Shown here one piece after another: positions 12,001 to 24,500 of a DNA stretch of 35,398 bases; position 1 is the stretch's first letter, and every line of letters starts with the position of its first letter. The DNA is from Utricularia gibba (taxonomy: Eukaryota; Plantae; Magnoliophyta). The notes beneath the pieces are model-generated. The model saw nothing but the letters and a program-made list of their open reading frames with translations, ran no database searches and was not told the origin of the DNA. Location of the stretch: NCBI GenBank assembly GCA_002189035.1, contig NEEC01000475.1, positions 1 to 35,398 on the forward strand, read 5' to 3'. Both the position numbers and the translations under genes were made by a program.

Positions 12001-15000
12001 CGAAATGTGACTCGGGACACCTGACTCGATGCGAATGTGATTTTTGACATGCAAGACGTATGTATTTCATGGACGATGTGAAATTTTGGATTTCGAGATG
12101 ATCATTTAAGGGTGTGTCCCTAGCCACCACCTCATGGTGGCCTCGTGCACTCTTCGGTATCGAGTGGATATCTTGCGAACGGTGATGAGTCATGTTGCAC
12201 ATATCATACCGTTTCGAAGCTCGTTCCGAGCCGGTCTCTTTCGTGTTGAGAACTTGTTCGTCCGAGGCTGCACAAATGCTCGAAAGATTGCCTTATATTA
12301 GCCTTCAGATGTGCAACGAAGTGGCCACCACATTCGCGAAAATGTGACTCGGGACACCTGACTCGATGCGAATGTGATTTTTGACATGCAAGACGTATGT
12401 ATTTCATGGGACGATGTGAAATTTTGGATTTCGAGATGATCATTTAAGATGGGGTGTGTCCCTAGCCACAACCTCATGTGGCCTCGTGCACTCTTCGGTA
12501 TCGAGTGGATCTTGCAAACGGTGATGAGTCATGTTGCACATATCATACCGTTTCGAAGCTCGTTCCGAGCCGGTCTTCTTTCGTGTTGAGAACTTTTCGT
12601 CCGAGGCTGCAAATGCTCGAAAGATTGCCTTATATTAGCCTTCAGATGTGCAACGAAGTGGCCACCACATTCGCGAAAATGTGACTCGGGACACCTGACT
12701 CGATGCGAATGTGATTTTTGACATGCAAGACGTATGTATTTCATGGGACGATGTGAAATTTTGGATTTCGAGATGATCATTTAAGGGTGTGTCCCTAGCC
12801 ACCACCTCATGGTGGCCTCGTGCACTCTTCGGTATCGAGTGGATATCTTGCGAACGGTGATGAGTCATGTTGCACATATCATACCGTTTCGAAGCTCGTT
12901 CCGAGCCGGTCTTCTTCGTGTTGAGAACTTGTTCGTCCGAGGCTGCACAAAATGCTCGAAAGATTGCCTTATATTAGCCTTCAGATGTGCAACGAAGTGG
13001 CCACCACATTCGCGAAAATGTGACTCGGGACACCTGACTCGATGCGAATGTGATTTTTGACATGCAAGACGTATGTATTTCATGGGACGATGTGAAAATT
13101 TGGATTTCGAGATGATCATTTAAGGGTGTCCCTAGCCACCACCTCATGGTGGCCTCGTGCACTCTTCGGTATCGAGTGGATATCTTGCGAACGGTGATGA
13201 GTCATGTTGCACATATCATACCGTTTCGAAGCTCGTTCCGAGCCGGTCTTCTTTCGTGTTGAGAACTTGTTCGTCCGAGGCTGCACAAATGCTCGAAAGA
13301 TTGCCTTATATTAGCCTTCAGATGTGCAACGAAGTGGGCGGATGTGACTCGGACACCTGACTCGATGCGAATGTGATTTTTGACATGCAAGACGTATGTA
13401 TTTCATGGGACGATGTGAAATTTGGATTTCGAGATGATCATTTAAGATGCCATGTGTGTCCCTAGCCACCACCTCATGGTGGCCTCGTGCACTCTTCGGT
13501 ATCGAGTGGATATCTTGCGAACGGTGATGAGTCATGTTGCACATATCATACCGTTCGAAGCTCGTTCCGAGCCGGTCTTCTTTCGTGTTGAGAACTTGTT
13601 CGTCCGAGCTGCACAAATGCTCGAAAGATTGCCTTATATTAGCCTTCAGATGTGCAACGAAGTGGCCACCACATTCGCGAAAATGTGACTCGGGACACCT
13701 GACTCGATGCGAATGTGATTTTTGACATGCAAGACGTATGTATTTCATGGGACGATGTGAAATTTTGGATTTCGAGATGATCATTTAAGATGCCATGGTG
13801 TGTCCCTAGCCACAACCTCATGGTGGCCTCGTGCACTCTTCGGTATCGAGTGGATATCTTGCAAACGGTGATGAGTCATGTTGCACATATCATACCGTTT
13901 CGAAGCTCGTTCCGAGCCGGTCTTCTTTCGTGTTGAGACTTGTTCGTCCGAGGAGCACAAATGCTCGAAAGATTGCCTTATATTAGCCTTCAGATGTGCA
14001 ACGAAGTGGCCACCACATTCGCGAAAATGTGACTCGGGACACCTGACTCGATGCGAATGTGATTTTTGACATGCAAGACGTATGTATTTCATGGGACGAT
14101 GTGAAATTTTGGATTTCGAGATGATCATTTAAGGGTGTGTCCCTAGCCACCACCTCATGGTGGCCTCGTGCACTCTTCGGTATCGAGTGGATATCTTGCG
14201 AACGGTGATGAGTCATGTTGCACATATCATACCGTTTCGAAGCTCGTTCCGAGCCGGTCTTCTTTCGTGTTGAGAACTTGTTCGTCCGAGGCTGCACAAA
14301 TGCTCGAAAGATTGCCTTATATTAGCTTCAGATGTGCAACGAAGTGGCCACCACATTCGCGAAAATGTGACTCGGGACACCTGACTCGATGCGAATGTGA
14401 TTTTTGACATGCAAGACGTATGTATTTCATGGGACGATGTGAAATTTTGGATTTCGAGATGATCATTTAAGGGTGTGTCCCTAGCCACCACCTCATGGTG
14501 GCCTCGTGCACTCTTCGGTATCGAGTGGATATCTTGCGAACGGTGATGAGTCATGTTGCACATATCATACCGTTTCGAAGCTCGTTCCGAGCCGGTCTTC
14601 TTTCGTGTTGAGAACTTGTTCGTCCGAGGCTGCACAAATGCTCGAAAGATTGCCTTATATTAGCCTTCAGATGTGCAACGAAGTGGCCACCACTTCGCGA
14701 AATGTGACTCGGGACACCTGACTCGATGCGAATGTGATTTTTGACATGCAAGACGTATGTATTTCATGGGACGATGTGAAATTTTGGATTTCGAGATGAT
14801 CATTTAAGGGTGTGTCCCTAGCCACCACCTCATGGTGGCCTCGTGCACTCTTCGGTATCGAGTGGATATCTTGCGAACGGTGATGAGTCATGTTGCACAT
14901 ATCATACCGTTTCGAAGCTCGTTCCGAGCCGGTCTTCTTTCGTGTTGAGAACTTGTTCGTCCGAGGCTGCACAAATGCTCGAAAGATTGCCTTATATTAG

Positions 15001-18000
15001 CCTTCAGATGTGCAACGAAGTGGCCACCACATTCGCGAAATGTGACTCGGGACACCTGACTCGATGCGAATGTGATTTTTGACATGCAAGACGTATGTAT
15101 TTCATGGACGATGTGAAATTTTGGATTTCGAGATGATCATTTAAGGGTGTGTCCCTAGCCACAACCTCATGGTGGCCTCGTGCACTCTTCGGTATCGAGT
15201 GGATATCTTGCGAACGGTGATGAGTCATGTTGCACATATCATACCGTTTCGAAGCTCGTTCCGAGCCGGTCTTCTTTCGTGTTGAGAACTTGTTCGTCCG
15301 AGGCTGCACAAATGCTCGAAAGATTGCCTTATATTAGCCTTCAGATGTGCAACGAAGTGGCCACCACATTCGCGAAATGTGACTCGGGACACCTGACTCG
15401 ATGCGAATGTGATTTTTGACATGCAAGACGTATGTATTTCATGGGACGATGTGAAAATTTGGATTTCGAGATGATCATTTAAGGTGTGTCCCTAGCCACA
15501 ACCTCATGGTGGCCTCGTGCACTCTTCGGTATCGAGTGGATATCTTGCGAACGGTGATGAGTCATGTTGCACATATCATACCGTTTCGAAGCTCGTTCCG
15601 AGCCGGTCTTCTTTCGTGTTGAGAACTTGTTCGTCCGAGGCTGCACAAATGCTCGAAAGATTGCCTTATATTAGCCTTCAGATGTGCAACGAAGTGGCCA
15701 CCACATTCGCGAAATGTGACTCGGGACACCTGACTCGATGCGAATGTGATTTTTGACATGCAAGACGTATGTATTTCATGGGACGATGTGAAATTTTGGA
15801 TTTCGAGATGATCATTTAGGGTGTGTCCCTAGCCACCACCTCATGGTGGCCTCGTGCACTCTTCGGTATCGAGTGGATATCTTGCGAACGGTGATGAGTC
15901 ATGTTGCACATATCATACCGTTTCGAAGCTCGTTCCGAGCCGGTCTTCTTTCGTGTTGAGAACTTGTTCGTCCGAGCTGCACAAATGCTCGAAAGATTGC
16001 CTTATATTAGCCTTCAGATGTGCAACGAAGTGGCCACCACATTCGCGAAATGTGACTCGGGACACCTGACTCGATGCGAATGTGATTTTTGACATGCAAG
16101 ACGTATGTATTTCATGGGACGATGTGAAATTTTGGATTTCGAGATGATCATTTAAGGGGTGTCCCTAGCCACCACCTCATGGTGGCCTCGTGCACTCTTC
16201 GGTATCGAGTGGATATCTTGCGAACGGTGATGAGTCATGTTGCACATATCATACCGTTTCGAAGCTCGTTCCGAGCCGGTCTTCTTTCGTGTTGAGAACT
16301 TGTTCGTCCGAGGCTGCACAAATGCTCGAAAGATTGCCTTATATTAGCCTTCAGATGTGCAACGAAGTGGCCACCACATTCGCGAAATGTGACTCGGGAC
16401 ACCTGACTCGATGCGAATGTGATTTTTGACATGCAAGACGTATGTATTTCATGGGACGATGTGAAATTTTGGATTTCGAGATGATCATTTAAGGGTGTGT
16501 CCCTAGCCACCACCTCATGTGGCCTCGTGCACTCTTCGGTATCGAGTGGATATCTTGCGAACGGTGATGAGTCATGTTGCACATATCATACCGTTTCGAA
16601 GCTCGTTCCGAGCCGGTCTTCTTTCGTGTTGAGAACTTGTTCGTCCGAGGCTGCACAAATGCTCGAAAGATTGCCTTATATTAGCCTTCAGATGTGCAAC
16701 GAAGTGGCCACCACATTCGCGAAAATGTGACTCGGGACACCTGACTCGATGCGAATGTGATTTTTGACATGCAAGACGTATGTATTTCATGGACGATGTG
16801 AAATTTTGGATTTCGAGATGATCATTTAAGGGTGTGTCCCTAGCCACCACCTCATGGTGGCCTCGTGCACTCTTCGGTATCGAGTGGATATCTTGCGAAC
16901 GGTGATGAGTCATGTTGCACATATCATACCGTTTCGAAGCTCGTTCCGAGCCGGTCTTCTTTCGTGTTGAGAACTTGTTCGTCCGAGGGCTGCACAAATG
17001 CTCGAAAGATTGCCTTATATTAGCCTTCAGATGTGCAACGAAGTGGCCACCACATTCGCGAAAATGTGACTCGGGACACCTGACTCGATGCGAATGTGAT
17101 TTTTGACATGCAAGACGTATGTATTTCATGGGACGATGTGAAATTTTGGATTTCGAGATGATCATTTAAGGGTGTGTCCCTAGCCACCACCTCATGGTGG
17201 CCTCGTGCACTCTTCGGTATCGAGTGGATATCTTGCGAACGGTGATGAGTCATGTTGCACATATCATACCGTTTCGAAGCTCGTTCCGAGCCGGTCTTCT
17301 TTCGTGTTGAGAACTTGTTCGTCCGAGGCTGCACAAATGCTCGAAAGATTGCCTTATATTAGCCTTCAGATGTGCAACGAAGTGGCCACCACATTCGCGA
17401 AAATGTGACTCGGGACACCTGACTCGATGCGAATGTGATTTTTGACATGCAAGACGTATGTATTTCATGGGACGATGTGAAATTTTGGATTTCGAGATGA
17501 TCATTTAAGGGTGTGTCCCTAGCCACAACCTCATGGTGGCCTCGTGCACTCTTCGGTATCGAGTGGATATCTGCAAACGGTGATGAGTCATGTTGCACAT
17601 ATCATACCGTTTCGAAGCTCGTTCCGAGCCGGTCTTCTTTCGTGTTGAGAACTTGTTCGTCCGAGGAGGCACAAATGCTCGAAAGATTGCCTTATATTAG
17701 CCTTCAGATGTGCAACGAAGTGGCCACCACATTCGCGAAAATGTGACTCGGGACACCTGACTCGATGCGAATGTGATTTTTGACATGCAAGACGTATGTA
17801 TTTCATGGGACGATGTGAAATTTTGGATTTCGAGATGATCATTTAAGGGTGTGTCCCTAGCCACCACCTCATGGTGGCCTCGTGCACTCTTCGGTATCGA
17901 GTGGATATCTTGCGAACGGTGATGAGTCATGTTGCACATATCATACCGTTTCGAAGCTCGTTCCGAGCCGGTCTTCTTTCGTGTTGAGAACTTGTTCGTC

Positions 18001-18470
18001 CGAGGCTGCACAAATGCTCGAAAGATTGCCTTATATTAGCCTTCAGATGTGCAACGAAGTGGCCACCACATTCGCGAAATGTGACTCGGGACACCTGACT
18101 CGATGCGAATGTGATTTTTGACATGCAAGACGTATGTATTTCATGGGACGATGTGAAATTTTGGATTTCGAGATGATCATTTAAGGTGTGTCCCTAGCCA
18201 CCACCTCATGGTGGCCTCGTGCACTCTTCGGTATCGAGTGGATATCTTGCGAACGGTGATGAGTCATGTTGCACATATCATACCGTTTCGAAGCTCGTTC
18301 CGAGCCGGTCTTCTTTCGTGTTTGAGAACTTGTTCGTCCGAGGCTGCACAAATGCTCGAAAGATTGCCTTATATTAGCCTTCAGATGTGCAACGAAGTGG
18401 CCACCACATTCGCGAAATGTGACTCGGGACACCTGACTCGATGCGAATGTGATTTTTGACATGCAAGACG
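1..18470 (+). repeat. Subfamily A domain (about 55 monomers, highly homogeneous, mean about 337 bp)
   Basis: Majority states are TTGCGAACGG, GAGCCGGTC, GAGGCTGCAC, CACATTCGC, GACGTATG, GCCACCACC and junction TTTAAGGGTGTG. The last A-type diagnostic site is GACG at 18467-18470. Confidence 0.9.
2359..2697 (+). repeat. Reference intact monomer (subfamily A consensus, 339 bp)
   Basis: Anchor-to-anchor distance 2359 to 2698 is 339 bp, and it carries the majority state at every variable site in the left half. Hand count: C=75, G=86 (47.5% GC), 23 CpG. Single ApaLI (GTGCAC), EcoRV (GATATC), BstBI (TTCGAA), NruI (TCGCGA), BclI (TGATCA) and HpaII/MspI (CCGG) sites. Confidence 0.95.
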
Positions 18471-18522
18471 TATGTATTTCATGGGACGATGTGAAATTTT
18501 GATTTCGAGATGATCATTTAAG

Positions 18523-21500
18523 ATGCCATGGGTGTGTCCCTAGCCACAACTCATGGTGGCCTCGTGCACTCTTCGGTATCGAGTGGATATCTTGCAACGG
18601 TGATGAGTCATGTTGCACATATCATACCGTTTCGAAGCTCGTTCCGAGCCGTCTTCTTTCGTGTTGAGAACTTGTTCGTCCGAGGCTGCACAAATGCTCG
18701 AAAGATTGCCTTATATTAGCCTTCAGATGTGCAACGAAGTGGCCACCACGTTCGAAAATGTGACTCGGGACACCCGACTCGATGCGAATGTGATTTTTGC
18801 AAGACATATGTATTTCATGGGACGATGTGAAATTTTGGATTTCGAGATGATCATTTAAGTGTGTCCCTAGCCACAACCTCATGGTGCCTCGTGCACTCTT
18901 CGGTATCGAGTGGATATCTTGCAACGGTGATGAGTCATGTTGCACATATCATACCGTTTCGAAGCTCGTTCCGAGCCGTCTTCTTTCGTGTTGAGAACTT
19001 GTTCGTCCGAGGCTGCACAAATGCTCGAAAGATTGCCTTATATTAGCCTTCAGATGTGCAACGAAGTGGCCACCACGTTCGCGAAAATGTGACTCGGGAC
19101 ACCTGACTCGATGCGAATGTGATTTTTGACATGCAAGACATATGTATTTCATGGACGATGTGAAATTTTGGATTTCGAGATGATCATTTAAGGGTGTGTC
19201 CCTAGCCACAACCTCATGGTGGCCTCGTGCACTCTTCGGTATCGAGTGGATATCTTGCAAACGGTGATGAGTCATGTTGCACATATCATACCGTTTCGAA
19301 GCTCGTTCCGAGCCGTCTTTTTTGTTGAGAACTTGTTCGTCCGAGGAGCACAAATGCTCGAAAGATTGCCTTATATTAGCCTTCAGATGTGCAACGAAGT
19401 GGCCACCGTTCGCGAAATGCGACTCGGGACACGACTCGATGCGAATGTGATTTTTGATGCAAGACATATGTATTTCATGGGACGATGTGAAATTTTGGAT
19501 TTCGAGATGATCATTTAAGATGCCATGGGTGTGTCCCTAGCCACAACCTCATGGTGGCCTCGTGCACTCTTCGGTATCGAGTGGATATCTTGCAACGGTG
19601 ATGAGTCATGTTGCACATATCATACCGTTTCGAAGCTCGTTCCGAGCCGGTCTTCTTTCGTGTTGAGAACTTGTTCGTCCGAGGAGGCACAAATGCTCGA
19701 AAGATTGCCTTATATTAGCCTTCAGATGTGCAACGAAGTGGCCACCACGTTCGCGAAAATGTGACTCGGGACACCTGACTCGATGCGAATGTGATTTTGA
19801 CATGCAAGACATATGTATTTCATGGGACGATGTGAAATTTTGGATTTCGAGATGATCATTTAAGTGTGTCCCTAGCCACAACCTCATGGTGGCCTCGTGC
19901 ACTCTTCGGTATCGAGTGGATATCTTGCAACGGTGATGAGTCATGTTGCACATATCATACCGTTTCGAAGCTCGTTCCGAGCCGTCTTCTTTCGTGTTGA
20001 GAACTTGTTCGTCCGAGGCACAAATGCTCGAAAGATTGCCTTATATTAGCCTTCAGATGTGCAACGAAGTGGCCACCACGTTCGCGAAAATGTGACTCGG
20101 ACACCTGACTCGATGCGAATGTGATTTTTGACATGCAAGACATATGTATTTCATGGACGATGTGAAATTTTGGATTTCGAGATGATCATTTAAGGGTGTG
20201 TCCCTAGCCACAACCTCATGGTGGCCTCGTGCACTCTTCGGTATCGAGTGGATATCTTGCAACGGTGATGAGTCATGTTGCACATATCATACCGTTTCGA
20301 AGCTCGTTCGAGCCGTCTTCTTTCGTGTTGAGAACTTGTTCGTCCGAGGGCACAAATGCTCGAAAGATTGCCTTATATTAGCCTTCAGATGTGCAACGAA
20401 GTGGCCACCACATTCGCGAAAATGTGACTCGGGACACCTGACTCGATGCGAATGTGATTTTTGACATGCAAGGTATGTATTTCATGGGACGATGTGAAAT
20501 TTTGGATTTCGAGATGATCATTTAAGTGTGTCCCTAGCCACACCTCATGGTGGCCTCGTGCACTCTTCGGTATCGAGTGGATATCTTGCAACGGTGATGA
20601 GTCATGTTGCACATATCATACCGTTTCGAAGCTCGTTCCGAGCCGTCTTCTTTCGTGTTGAGAACTTGTTCGTCCGAGGAGCACAAATGCTCGAAAGATT
20701 GCCTTATATTAGCCTTCAGATGTGCAACGAAGTGGCCACCACGTTCGCGAAAATGTGACTCGGGACACCTGACTCGATGCGAATGTGATTTTGACATGCA
20801 AGACGTATGTATTTCATGGGACGATGTGAAATTTTGGATTTCGAGATGATCATTTAAGATGCCATGGGTGTGTCCCTAGCCACAACCTCATGGTGGCCTC
20901 GTGCACTCTTCGGTATCGAGTGGATATCTTGCAACGGTGATGAGTCATGTTGCACATATCATACCGTTTCGAAGCTCGTTCCGAGCCGGTCTTCTTTCGT
21001 GTTGAGAACTTGTTCGTCCGAGGAGGCACAAATGCTCGAAAGATTGCCTTATATTAGCCTTCAGATGTGCAACGAAGTGGCCACCACGTTCGCGAAAATG
21101 TGACTCGGGACACCTGACTCGATGCGAATGTGATTTTTGACATGCAAGACGTATGTATTTCATGGACGATGTGAAATTTGGATTTCGAGATGATCATTTA
21201 AGTGTGTCCCTAGCCACAACCTCATGGTGGCCTCGTGCACTCTTCGGTATCGAGTGGATATCTTGCAACGGTGATGAGTCATGTTGCACATATCATACCG
21301 TTTCGAAGCTCGTTCCGAGCCGTCTTCTTTCGTGTTGAGAACTTGTTCGTCCGAGGGCACAAATGCTCGAAAGATTGCCTTATATTAGCCTTCAGATGTG
21401 CAACGAAGTGGCCACCACGTTCGCGAAATGTGACTCGGACACCTGACTCGATGCGAATGTGATTTTTGACATGCAAGACGTATGTATTTCATGGACGATG

Positions 21501-24500
21501 TGAAATTTTGGATTTCGAGATGATCATTTAAGATGTGTCTAGCCACAACCTCATGGTGGCCTCGTGCACTCTTCGGTATCGAGTGGATATCTTGCAACGG
21601 TGATGAGTCATGTTGCACATATCATACCGTTTCGAAGCTCGTTCCGAGCCGTCTTCTTTCGTGTTGAGAACTTGTTCGTCCGAGGAGCACAAATGCTCGA
21701 AAGATTGCCTTATATTAGCCTTCAGATGTGCAACGAAGTGGCCACCACGTTCGCGAAAATGTGACTCGGGACACCTGACTCGATGCGAATGTGATTTTGA
21801 CATGCAAGACATATGTATTTCATGGGACGATGTGAAATTTGGATTTCGAGATGATCATTTAAGTGTGTCCCTAGCCACAACCTCATGGTGGCCTCGTGCA
21901 CTCTTCGGTATCGAGTGGATATCTTGCAACGGTGATGAGTCATGTTGCACATATCATACCGTTTCGAAGCTCGTTCCGAGCCTCTTCTTTCGTGTTGAGA
22001 ACTTGTTCGTCCGAGGAGCACAAATGCTCGAAAGATTGCCTTATATTAGCCTTCAGATGTGCAACGAAGTGGCCACCACGTTCGCGAATGCGACTCGGGA
22101 CACCCGACTCGATGCGAATGTGATTTTGGCATGCAAGACGTATGTATTTCATGGGACGATGTGAAATTTGATTTCGAGATGATCATTTAAGATGCCATGG
22201 GTGTGTCCCTAGCCACAACCTCATGGTGGCCTCGTGCACTCTTCGGTATCGAGTGGATATCTTGCAAGGTGATGAGTCATGTTGCACATATCATACGTTT
22301 CGAAGCTCGTTCCGAGCCGTCTTCTTTCGTGTTGAGAACTTGTTCGTCCGAGGCCACAAATGCTCGAAAGATTGCCTTATATTAGCCTTCAGATGTGCAA
22401 CGAAGTGGCCACCACGTTCGCGAAATGTGACTCGGGACACCTGACTCGATGCGAATGTGATTTTTGACATGCAAGACATGTATTTCATGGGACGATGTGA
22501 AATTTTGGATTTCGAGATGATCATTTAAGTGTGTCCCTAGCCACATCATGGTGGCCTCGTGCACTCTTCGGTATCGAGTGGATATCTTTGCAAGGTGATG
22601 AGTCATGTTGCACATATCATACCGTTTCGAAGCTCGTTCCGAGCCGTCTTCTTTCGTGTTGAGAACTTGTTCGTCCGAGGCCACAAATGCTCGAAAGATT
22701 GCCTTATATTAGCCTTCAGATGTGCAACGAAGTGGCCACCACGTTCGCGAAAATGTGACTCGGGACACCTGACTCGATGCGAATGTGATTTTTGACATGC
22801 AAGACGTATGTATTTCATGGGACGATGTGAAATTTTGGATTTCGAGATGATCATTTAATGTGTCCCTAGCCACACCTCATGGTGGCCTCGTGCACTCTTC
22901 GGTATCGAGTGGATATCTTGCAACGGTGATGAGTCATGTTGCACATATCATACCGTTTCGAAGCTCGTTCCGAGCCGTCTTCTTTCGTGTGAGAACTTGT
23001 TCGTCCCACAAATGCTCGAAAGATTGCCTTATATTAGCCTTCAGATGTGCAACGAAGTGGCCACCACGTTCGCGATGTGACTCGGGACACCGACTCGATG
23101 CGAATGTGATTTTTGACATGCAAGACATATGTATTTCATGGGACGATGTGAAATTTGGATTTCGAGATGATCATTTAAGATGCCATGGGTGTGTCCTAGC
23201 CACAACCTCATGGTGGCCTCGTGCACTCTTCGGTATCGAGTGGATATCTTGCAACGGTGATGAGTCATGTTGCACATATCATACCGTTTCGAAGCTCGTT
23301 CCGAGCCGTCTTCTTTCGTGTTGAGAACTTGTTCGTCGAGGCACAAATGCTCGAAAGATTGCCTTATATTAGCCTTCAGATGTGCAACGAAGTGGCCACC
23401 ACGTTCGCGAAATGCGACTCGGGTCGATGCGAATGTGATTTTTGACATGCAAGACATATGTATTTCATGGGACGATGTGAAATTTTGGATTTCGAGATGA
23501 TCATTTAAGCCCTAGCCACAACCTCATGGTGGCCTCGTGCACTCTTCGGTATCGAGTGGATATCTTGCAACGGTGATGAGTCATGTTGCACATATCATAC
23601 CGTTTCGAAGCTCGTTCCGAGCCGTCTTCTTTCGTGTTGAGAACTTGTTCGTCCGAGGAGGCACAAATGCTCGAAAGATTGCCTTATATTAGCCTTCAGA
23701 TGTGCAACGAAGTGGCCACCACGTTCGCGAAAATGTGACTCGGACACCTGACTCGATGCGAATGTGATTTTGACATGCAAGACGTATGTATTTCATGGGA
23801 CGATGTGAAATTTTGATTTCGAGATGATCATTTAAGATGCCATGGTGTGTCCCTAGCCACAACCTCATGGTGGCCTCGTGCACTCTTCGGTATCGAGTGG
23901 ATATCTTGCAAACGGTGATGAGTCATGTTGCACATATCATACCGTTTCGAAGCTCGTTCCGAGCCGGTCTTCTTTCGTGTTGAGAACTTGTTCGTCCGAG
24001 GCACAAATGCTCGAAAGATTGCCTTATATTAGCCTTCAGATGTGCAACGAAGTGGCCACCACGTTCGCGAAATGTGACTCGGGAGATGCGAATGTGATTT
24101 TTGACATGCAAGACGTATGTATTTCATGGACGATGTGAAATTTCGGATTTCGAGATGATCATTTAAGATGCCATGGGTGTGTTAGCCACAACCTCATGCC
24201 TCGTGCACTCTTCGGTATCTTGCGGTGATGAGTCATGTTGCACATAGCATACCGTTTCGAAGCTCGTTCCGAGCCGGTCTTCTTTCGTGTTGAGAACTTG
24301 TTCGTCCGAGCACAAATGCTCGAAAGATTGCCTTATATTAGCCTTCAGATGTGCAACGAAGTGGCCGTTCGCGAAAATGTGACTCGGACACCTGACTCGA
24401 TGCGAATGTGATTTTTGACATGCAAGACATATGTATTTCATGGACGATGTGAAATTTCGGATTTCGAGATGATCATTTAGATGCCATGGTGTGTCTAGCC

